A stretch of DNA of 64,000 nucleotides from Octopus vulgaris (Eukaryota), in the NCBI GenBank assembly GCA_951406725.2, contig OX597820.1:78430001-78494000 (forward strand), written 5' to 3'. The first letter of the stretch is position 1, and each line of letters begins with the position of its first letter. The notes under the pieces are model-generated. The model was not told the origin of the DNA and made no database searches. It was given only the letters and a program-made list of their open reading frames with translations. Of this stretch, positions 42,448-52,068 are shown piece after piece. Position numbers and translations under genes: made by a program.

Positions 42448-45410
42448 TCATTCAGACTGGGATAAAAGTTGTTGTGTCTTGCTTGACTCTGATATGCCCC
42501 GCTTTATAATGACGTACTTTGCCGTCTGCGTAACTGGCCGAACGGCGTACCTCGCCGACTGAATTTCTTTATCGGCCACAAAGGGCCTAACATAGAGGGG
42601 ATAAACAAGGACAGACAAAACACAAAAGTGGGGAAAAATCAAATTGAATGAAAAGAATGGTAACGATAAATGAAAAGGTGGAATGACGTCAACTCGAAAC
42701 CCCACACTCCAGATAGCGTCATTGAATATTTTTAGGAGTTTTTAAACAGTTATTTTAATGTTGTCTCTTTGTTCTTGCTGTGTGTTGCTTGTGTTCTATA
42801 TTCAGTGTTCTTTTGGGGGGTAGCATTTCTTGCTCCAGTTCTCCTTCTCCACAGTCTTCTTCCGCCTCTTTCTACTTCTATTCCTCCTCATCTGGAGCTT
42901 CCACCGTGGGCTTCTCCTGCTATTCCTTTGGTTCATTCTGTTTTTTGCTTGTGCTTCAGGTGGAAGGGTCTGGGGACACGTTTTCCTTATGTGCCCCTTC
43001 AGTCTGCACCCGAAATATCTTGACATTCTGCCCTGGACCGAGACTCTGCATTCGTTTCTGTTCTTGGGCGTCCATTTGTGTCTCTTTGTCCTTGTGTTAC
43101 TTGTGTTGTATATTCAGTGTACTTTTTTGTGGTATCTTTTTTTACCTTTTGGCGTCTGCGTTTGTAATATCTTTTGTGTGCGTTTGTGTGTGTATGTTTG
43201 TTTGAGGAAGTGAACGAAAACTTTTTTCCTCTTTCTCCCTGCAACTGACCATTCCTCATCACTTACCTCGGTGGATGTGGACGGTCCTGCTTCCTCCGGT
43301 GCCCAATTCTCCTTTTCCACCACTTCCTGCTTCCCTTCCTCCTCACCTAGAGCTTCCTCGTTATGCTTCTCTTGCTTTTCCCTTGGTTCAACCCGTTTAT
43401 CTACATGTCCTTCAAGTTGAAGGGCTTCAGAGCACGTTTTCCTTGTGTACCCCTTCAGTCACAACTGGAAGCATCATGGGATTCTGCCCTTCACCGTAAC
43501 TCTGCGTAAGTATCTGTTCTTGAGCGTTTATGTGTGTCTCTTTCTCCTTGCTGTGTGTTACTTGTGTTCTATATTCAGTGTCTTTGGGGTGGGGGTATAT
43601 TTTCCCTTTTGATGTCTGCGTTTGTAATGTCTTTTGTCTGCGTTCGTATCTGTTCGTGTGCATTCGTTTTTAAGCTTTTTGTGTTTGAGGAAGAGAAGGA
43701 GAACCTTTTTCCTTTCCTTCCCTGCAACTGACCATTCCTCTTCATTTACCTTGGTAGATGTGGACAGTCCAGCTTCCTCTGGCGTTCAATTCTACTTTGC
43801 ACTGTCTTCTTAACCCCTTCCTGCTTCTCTTTCTACTCATCTACAGATGCCTCGTTATGCTTCTCTTACTGTTCCTCTTGTTCATCCTGCTTTTCTCCCT
43901 TGTGCTTCAGGCTGAAAGACCTGGGAGTACGTTTTCATTATGTGCCCCTTCCGTCAGCACTCGAAACATGGTATTTTGCCCTGGACTGAGACTCTCAGTT
44001 TTGTCTCATCCGGCAGAATTATAAATTCTGGAATTTCTTCCAATTCTGCTGGTGTGACTTCAATTGTCGCCCGAAGAATCCCGCCACACCAGTTCTGCAC
44101 TTTTTTCTCCTCGAATACCAGCAGTGCCACATCCTCCTTGATATTGGAGAAAGCGGCTTTCAGAAGCCAGGCCGATCTAATTTCAGTCGAATAACGTTCT
44201 ATTGCGATTTTTGTGATTCTTTTGCCTAGGTATGAGGGAAAAGAGCCAGCTCGTTCGTCTGCAGGGTGATCGCGGAATCATCCCTAACGTCGTATTCTCA
44301 CACAAATTGTACCTCCATAGTACCGAATTTCTTTCTTCTTTTCATGAACGACACTTTGAACAAAATAGGCTTTAGGACATTTTCTGTTTCTTCAGTACAC
44401 ACGATATCTATTTTTTAAGAGATAGTGTTCTCTAAATTATAGTTATTTTTTCTTGTTTCCTCTGTTGCTTCTTTCCGGGGAGATAATCTCACTTTTGCTC
44501 CATCAGCCCGCAGAATTAGTTGAAAATTATCTATAGCCTCTGGCCTAAAGTTGTATCTTCTTTGATTTTCGACGACAGTTGCTGCATAATTTTTCACACT
44601 TCCTTCTGAGACGCTTTCTTACTCCACGTCGACGCTCTCCAAGAACACCAACACTTCATACAAATCACTAGTCATTTTGTGCGGCCACAATTCCCATACT
44701 AAGTGAAAACAATTCGCTCCTAACAGAGAACAACAGGAAAACCAAGCCTGGTCAGGCGAACAATGTGTCAAAAGACATTAACAGCTTTTTAAACATGAGG
44801 TAGTCCGAAGGGGGACAACTGCAACAAAACAACGTCAAGCAATAAATGACCAACCGCAACTTAAAGGCGTACCTCGCCGACTGAATTTCTTTATCGGCCA
44901 CAAAGGGCCTAACATAGAGGGGACAAACAAGGACAGACAAAACACAAAAGTGTGGAAAAATCAAATCGAATGAACAGAATGGTAATGATAAATGAAAAGG
45001 TAGAACGACGTCAATTTGAAACCCCACACTCCAGAGAACGCCAGGGAACATTTTTAGAAGACGTTTTAAACAGTTATTTTATTTTGTCTTTGTTCATGCT
45101 GTGTGTTGTTTGTGTTGTATATTCAGTGTTTTTGTGGGGGTAACTTTTTTTGCTCTCTGCATTTCTAATGCTTTTGTCTGCGTTCGTATCTGTTCCTGAG
45201 CGTTTTTTTGCGTCGCTTTGTCCTTGCTGTGTGCTACTTGTGCTGTGTATTCAATATTCGTTTTAGTGGAACATTTTTCCTTTTTGCTGTCTGAGTTTGT
45301 AATGTCTTTTGTCTGCGTACCTATTTGTTGTTGTGCATTTCTTTTTAAGCTTTTTGTGTTTGTTTGAGGAAGAGAACGGGAACTTTTTCCTCATCCTTCC
45401 CGCACCAGAA
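42448..45410 (-). mobile_element. Head-to-tail tandem retroelement with decayed gag/ORF1-like zinc-knuckle coding region and no RT
   Basis: ~260-bp direct repeat (42544-42820 vs 44866-45140); three internal ~460-490-bp units, each with a CCHC-derived knuckle (FGCRLKGHIRKTC at ~42975-43015; decayed versions near 43450 and 43945). Confidence 0.65.
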
Positions 45411-46199
45411 ATAGCGGGTGGAGAAAATAGACGGCCGGATGAACGGAAGGAAGGAAAGAAGGATGGATGGATGGATGGATTTTGAATTATGATAAAACAG
45501 TTTGGAAATGGTTGTATTTATTTATTTGAATCAATAAAAACATTGAAAATGGAAGGTGTTATACAGCTTCCTCACATGATAACCGTAAAATAACATTACT
45601 TTTTATCATGTTTACCATTATTCCTAAGAGTATTGTTTTGCTTGTTTTGGACTGAGATTTCCTATTACAATTATATATTTCAATGCACTATATTTAATGA
45701 TATTTTCCATGTCTGTATCGTTTTTCTTTAAATTGCATACATTTCTAAGTTTCTCATAAAATTTCATGAGTTTATGGTTTACATTTCATTATAATATTGA
45801 CATTTTATAAAACTACCTATTTTCATTGAGAGAGAAGGAGGCAAAAATTCAAATTAACAAAGATTTGCAATAGTTACTGCAACATATCAATATATCTGAA
45901 AAACAGTAACTGCATCTTCACAATCTGTATCAGTTTGTATGGATTTGATTATCGATTTCAATGAAACATTCGTTGGCTTTTATATTATTTCAGTCATTAA
46001 ATAGGCGTTTTCTTAGTTAGATGATCAAATTTGTCTCAATTTGACTTGTTTCTATTCAAACTGTATACCGCTAAATCGGCAAATTACATTCTATTTTTTA
46101 ACAGGGTATTATTATAGAACTAATGTTTTGCAGATAATTCAGTTAAGTTTGAAAGCTTTTTTCTGTTCCTTTCATATGAAATTTTATGCAGTGTCTGGG

Positions 46200-46800
46200 T
46201 GAACGTAGCAGCAGACTTTTGGCTGAAAGTTCGTTTCTCAGCTTAAAGGATTATGGTTTCAGAGATCTGTGGTTAAAATTACCAATTCGCAACTGCGTAG
46301 TTTCATATTCATTCCACGAAATCTTGAGCAAGTATCTGAGAACATAGCCTTACATTGACCAAAGGTATATGAGGAGAATCTGCGCTTCGGTGGCTGGTTG
46401 AGGGAGTGTAGCAGCTGCTGTGTGGCGGTTGGAGGTCGGAGAGACGCTTGTCGACTTTGAAATGATAGGAAGTAACGAAAAGTTGATTCAGGGAGAAGGG
46501 TCAAGATTGGAATTGGACCCGCCCGAAGATATAACGGGAAGTGGAGGGGAGAAAGTGGTGGTCTCTAGAACCCTATCACTGACAAACAAGAGGGTGGAGG
46601 TGGCTGGCGAGGAATATATTGAAGAGAGCTTGAAGGATATAGGTAACACTGAATTTAGCTGACTTTGCTGTGTCTTTTAGCGAGATATACCCTGTTGCGA
46701 GCATTTTAGTTAGATTTCCAGTTTGTGAATAAATTCCTCTATTCTTTCCAAGTCAAAGATATTGTTCCTCCCCTAAAATTTGTCCAAGATACTGCTACTG
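46200..46800 (-). pseudogene. Decayed LINE endonuclease/linker remnant
   Basis: LNIFLASHLHP resembles the LDLFLTSHP motif of CR1/L2-like APE domains; compositionally coding-like with many stops. Confidence 0.35.
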
Positions 46801-48392
46801 CCTTTTACCTTTTACTAAACCAGAGGTGCCAAACATACGACCCCCTCTACTAAATTTCATATATAAAATTATTATAATTATTATCAAAATTTAAAATATT
46901 TAAAATATATTAATACTGATTCCGATTGGTTGAATTCGGGCATCTCAGGGAATCGTTTGCTTTTTCAGCCAGAGAAAAAGAAATTTACAAATCCATACAT
47001 GTATATGTATACTATTTCTCTTTCACTTTGTCTATAAACGTACAGCCAAGCGGAAGATTTTCCTCAAATGTGCGTATGTGCTCGTGGGAAAGGTTTCTAG
47101 TGACATAAACAAAATTCAAAGGTTTTGAAGTTAAAAGAGTGCAAGCTATCGACCAAGCCGTTTTAAGCATTCATTTGGAAAATGTCTATCCCCGCGTTTA
47201 CTTTAAAGATCTCTATTTAATAAGACTGCATATATTTTATGCGGACGAGTTTTTTCAAATATTTCTAAGCCCCGAATTTGCTAACAACTCTGTTGTTTAC
47301 TTTTCATAAAGTAGTTATTTCAACGTACATTAAAACAAGTTTATCAAAATAAGGAAGAATATTAGACGTCGGCAAAGATTGTGCGCAGAGACATTTGAGG
47401 AAAACCTGTATGTTGCCGCCACTTTTATCTATTTAGGTCTACATCATGAATGAGATTCATCTAGCTATCATTAGGCACTACGGCAACATAGAGTCTATTC
47501 TTTGAGAAACAGAAACGGAAACACTGACAAATATTTCATAAGAATAAATTATATGTGCATGTATATATGAATGAATTTTTCAAAATTTTTCCCAAAAATT
47601 TTTCAGAATTTTCCCAAAAAATTTTTGAAAGTATTCACTAAACGTTTTTGAAAATTTTCCTAAAAAATTTTACAAAATTTTTCCACAAAAATTTTTGAAA
47701 ATTTTTGAAAATTGTTCTCAAAACTTTTTCAAAATATTTCCCAAAACTTTTCATAACTTTTTGGGAAAAATTTCAAAAATTTTTAGGGTAAATTTTCAAA
47801 AATTTTTGGCAAAAATTTTCAAAAATTTCTGGGAAGATTTTCAAAAATTTTTAGGGAAAATTTTCTGTTTTTGGGGAAAATTTTCAAATATTTTTTTGAG
47901 AAATTTTCAAAACTTTTGGGGAAAATTTTCAAAAATTTTCAAAAATTTTTAGAGAAAATTTTCAAAATTTTTGAGGAGAATTCTCAAAAGTTTGAGGGGA
48001 AAGATTTCAAAAATTTTTTAGGAAAATTTTCAAAAATTTCTAGGAAGATTTTTATGGAAAATTTTCAAATATTACTGGGAAGATTTTTTAAAATTATTAA
48101 AGAAAGGTTTCAAGAATTTTTAGGGAAAATTTTCAAAAATTTTTGTCAGAAATTTTCAAAAATTTCTGTGAAGATTTTCAAAAATTTTTAGGGAAAATTT
48201 TCAAAAATTTTTGAGGAGAATTTTCAAAAATTTTGATGGAAAGTTTTCCGTGAAAATTTTCGAAAAATTTTTGGTGAAAAAAAATTTTTGGTGAAAATTT
48301 TCGAAAAATTTATTGGTAAAATTTTCGGTGAAAATTTTCGAAAAATTTTTGGGGAAATTTTCGGTGAAAATTTACGAAAAGATTTTGGGTAG

Positions 48393-48597
48393 CATATAAC
48401 GAATATGCTCCATATGCTGAAGTCTATAAACGTCGATATCGTCATAGTTGTTATGTGTAAAGGAGAATCTAGTGTCTCGTGGATGGTGAGGCATCTTAAC
48501 TGTAGTAGTAAACCAGAATTAACTCTATACACAGAAGGCATCAGCAGCAGCAACCTAAAAATCTATTTTTAGCCATAACATATATTTTAAGCTCGGG
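48393..48597 (-). pseudogene. CRESS-type Rep 5' cassette, copy A (long; ATG at 48494)
   Basis: Translates MPHHPRDTRFSFTHNNYDDIDVYRLQHMEHIRYM; ~100 bp of upstream sequence shared with the other copies. Confidence 0.6.
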
Positions 48598-48721
48598 TAA
48601 AATTTTCGAAACATTTTTGCTAAAAATATTCGGTGAAAATTTTCGAAAAATTTTTTGTTACAATTTTCGAAAAATTTTTATGGAAAATTTTCGAAACATT
48701 TTGGGTGAAAATTTTCGAAAT

Positions 48722-48926
48722 CCCATATAACGAATATGCTCCATATGCTGAAGTCTATAAACGTCGATATCGTCATAGTTATTAAGTGTAAAGCAGAATC
48801 TGGTGTATCGTGGATGGTGAGGCATCTTGAATGTGGTATTTATCCAGAATTCACACTATATATACACAGAAAGCAGCAGCAAACTAAGAATATATATTTA
48901 GCCATAACATGTATTTTTAGCTCGTG
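48722..48926 (-). pseudogene. CRESS-type Rep 5' cassette, copy B (long; ATG at 48825)
   Basis: Translates MPHHPRYTRFCFTLNNYDDIDVYRLQHMEHIRYMG; RCR motif I FTLNN. Confidence 0.7.
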
Positions 48927-49179
48927 GAAAATTTTCAAAAATTTTGGGGGAAACTTTTGGTGGAAAATTTTCGAAAAATTTTGAGTAATATTTTCGAAAA
49001 ATTTTGGGGGAAAATTTTAGAAAAATTTTTGGGGAAAATTTCTGAAAAATTTTTTTTGAAAATTGTCGGTGAAAATTTTCGAAAAATTTTTTGGTAAAAT
49101 TTCCGTCGTAAATTTTTGAAAAATGTTTGGGGAAAATTTTCGGTGAAAATTTTCGAAAAGTTTTTGGGGAAAATTTTCG

Positions 49180-50115
49180 GCACCTCTGGCTTCGTGATTT
49201 TCTGATTTTGGCACCGCCGGTTTTCCATACTTTGTGATTTGTCACCGCCGGTTTTCCATACTTTGTGATTTTGGCACCGCCGGCTTTCCATACTTTGTGG
49301 TTTTGGCACCGCCGGCTTTCCATACTTTGTGATTTCGAAAAAATTTTGGGTAAAATTTCCGGTATAAATTATCGAAAATTATTTGGGGTGGGGGTTTCGG
49401 TGAAAACCACAAAGTTATGGAAAGCCAGCGATACCAAAATCACAAAGTATGGAAAGCCGGCGGTGCCGAAAATTTTCCCCGATAATTTTTCGAAAATTTT
49501 TACCGAAAATTTTCAACAATAATTTTTCGAAAATTGACACCGGAAATTTTACAAAAAAATTTTCGACAATTTTTACCCTAAATTTTCAACAAATTTGATT
49601 TTGGCACCGCTGGCTTTCCATACTTTGTGATTTTGGCACCGCCGGCTTTCCATACTTTGTGATTTTGGCATCGCCGGCATTCCATACTTTGTGATTTTGG
49701 CACCGCCGTCTTTCCATACTTTGTGATTTCGAAATATATTTGGGTAAAATTTGCTGTATAAATTTTCGAAAAATTTTTGGGGAGAATTTTCGGTGAAAAC
49801 TTTCGAAAAATTTTTGAGGAATATTTTCGAAAAAATTTTGGGGAAAATTTTCGAAAAATTTTTGGGGAAAATTTCCATACTTTCGGCACCGCCGGCTTTC
49901 CATTTTGACACCGCTGGCTTTCCATACTTTTGAGGAATATTTTCGAAAAAATTTTGGGGAAAATTTTCGAAAAATTTTTGTTTAAAATTTCCATACTTTC
50001 GGCACCGCCGGCTTTCCATTTTGACACCGCTGGCTTTCCATACTTTGTGATTTTGGCACCGCTGGCTCTCCATACTTTGTGATTTTGGCACCGCCGGCTT
50101 TCCATACTCTGTGAT
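49180..50115 (+). repeat. 32-bp repeat TTTTGGCACCGCCGGCTTTCCATACTTTGTGA in tandem clusters (also at 51017-51170)
   Basis: Clusters at ~49205-49335, ~49600-49730, ~49875-49930, ~49990-50115; two inverted copies at ~49403-49470. Confidence 0.92.
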
Positions 50116-50205
50116 TTCCAAACATATTTGGGTACAATTTTCGGTATAAATTTTCGAAAAATTTTTGGGGAGAATTTTCGGTGAAAATTTTCGAAAAATT
50201 TTTGC

Positions 50206-50355
50206 GTTAAGTGTAAAGCAGAATCTGGTGTATCGTGGATGGTAAGGCATCTTGACTGTAGTAGTGAACCAGAATTCACTCTATGTATACACAGAAAGCA
50301 CCAACAGCCACCAAAAAACCTATTTTTTTCTATGACATCTATTTTTAGCTCGGGG
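50206..50355 (-). pseudogene. CRESS-type Rep 5' cassette, copy C (short; ATG at 50250)
   Basis: MPYHPRYTRFCFTLN, then runs into the A/T array. Confidence 0.6.
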
Positions 50356-50565
50356 AAAACTTTCAAAAAATTTTTGGGGAAAATTTTGGTGGAAAATTTT
50401 CGAAAAATTTTTGAGGTATATTTTCCAAAAAATTTTGGGGAAAATTTTCGAAAAATCTTTGTTGAAAATTTTCGGTAAAAATTTTCGAAAAATTTTTTGG
50501 TAAAATTTCCGGTGTCAATTTTAGAAAAATTTTTGTTGAAAATTTTCGGTAACAATTTTCGAAAA

Positions 50566-50777
50566 CCCATATAACGAATATGCTCCATATGCTGAAGTCT
50601 ATAAACGTCGATATCGTCATAGTTGTTAAGTGTAAAGCAGAATCTGGTGTATCGTGGATGGTGAGGCATCTTGAATGTAGTATTTATCCAGAATTGACAC
50701 TATATATACACAGAAAGCAGCAGCAGCAGCAACCTAAAATTGTATTTTTAGCCATAACATCTACTTTTAGCTCGGGG
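50566..50777 (-). pseudogene. CRESS-type Rep 5' cassette, copy D (long; ATG at 50669)
   Basis: MPHHPRYTRFCFTLNNYDDIDVYRLQHMEHIRYMGF (start of listed ORF 49578..50669). Confidence 0.7.
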
Positions 50778-51260
50778 AAAATTTTCAAAAATTTTGGGGG
50801 AAAATTTTCCAAAACTTTTTGAGTAATATTTTCGAAAAGTTTTGGGGGAAAATTTTCGAAAAATTTTTGGGTAAAATTTTGAAAATTTTTTTTGAAAATT
50901 TTCGGTGAAAATTTTTCGATAAATTTTTTGGTCAAATTTCCGTCATAAATTTTTGAAAACTTTTTGGGGAAAATTTTCGGTGAAAATTTTCGAAAAGTTT
51001 TTGGGGAAAATTTTCCGCACCTCTGGCTTTGTGATTTTGTGATTTTGTCACCGCCGGTTTTCCATACTTTGTGATTTGTCACCGCCGGCTTTCCATACTT
51101 TGTGATTTTGGCACCGCCGGCTTTCCATACTTTGTGGTTTTGGCACCGCCGGCTTTCCATACTTTGTGATTTCGAAAAATTTTTGGGTAAAATTTTCGGT
51201 ATAAATTATCGAAAAATTTTTGGGGAGAATTTTCGGTGAAAATTTTCGAAAAATTTTAGG

Positions 51261-51410
51261 GTTAACTGTAAAGCAAAATCTGGTGTATCGTGGATGGTGC
51301 GGCATCTTGACTGTAGTAAAAAACCAGAATTCACTCTATATATACACAGAAAGCACCAGTAGCGACCAAAAAACCTATATTTAGCTATGACATCTATTTT
51401 TAGCTCAGGG
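51261..51410 (-). pseudogene. CRESS-type Rep 5' cassette, copy E (short; ATG at 51305)
   Basis: MPHHPRYTRFCFTVN, then array sequence. Confidence 0.6.
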
Positions 51411-51534
51411 AAAATTTTAGAAAAATTTTTGGGGAAAATTGTCGGGAAAATTTTCGAAAACCTTTTGGGTAAAATTTTCCGGGAAAATTTTCGAAAAATT
51501 TTTGGGGAAAATTTTCAGTTAAAATTTCCGAAAA

Positions 51535-51743
51535 CCCATGGAGTGAATATGCTCCATATGCTGAAGTCTATAAACGTCGATATCGTCACAGTTGTTAAGT
51601 GTAAAGCAGATTCTAGTGTATCGTGGATGGTGAGGCATCTTGACTGTGGTATTAAACCAGAACTCACTCTATATATAAACAGAAAGCTCCAGCATCCACC
51701 AAAAAATCTATTTTTAGCCATAACATCTATTTTTAGCTCGGGG
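51535..51743 (-). pseudogene. CRESS-type Rep 5' cassette, copy F (long; ATG at 51638)
   Basis: MPHHPRYTRICFTLNNCDDIDVYRLQHMEHIHSMG. Confidence 0.65.
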
Positions 51744-51946
51744 AAAATTTTCAAAAATTTTTGGGGAAAATTTTGGTGGAAAATTTTCGAAAAATTTTTG
51801 AGTAATATTTTCGAAAAGTTTTGGGGGAAAATTTTCGGCTTTCCATACTTTGTGATTTCGAAAAATTTTTGGGTAAAATTTTCGGTATAAATTATCGAAA
51901 AATTTTTGGGGAGAATTTTCGGTGAAAATTTTTGAAAAATTTTTGG

Positions 51947-52068
51947 GTTAACTGTAAAGCAAAATCTGGTGTATCGTGGATGGTGAGGCATCTTGACTGT
52001 AGTAAAAAACCAGAATTCACTCTATATATACACAGAAAGCACCAGTAGCGACCAAAAAACCTATATTT
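51947..52068 (-). pseudogene. CRESS-type Rep 5' cassette, copy G (short; ATG at 51991)
   Basis: MPHHPRYTRFCFTVN; nearly identical to copy E, with the upstream part truncated. Confidence 0.6.

Noticed and set aside
49578-50669. 363-aa ORF as a functional Rep protein
   Set aside because: Only the first ~35 aa are Rep-like; the rest is K/F/I/N-rich translation of the A/T array that is open in several frames; no HUH motif II/III or helicase.
49180-51170. 32-bp repeats near viral-like fragments as a CRISPR array
   Set aside because: The repeats are directly tandem without unique spacers, the viral-like cassettes are copies of one sequence, there are no cas genes, and the context is eukaryotic.
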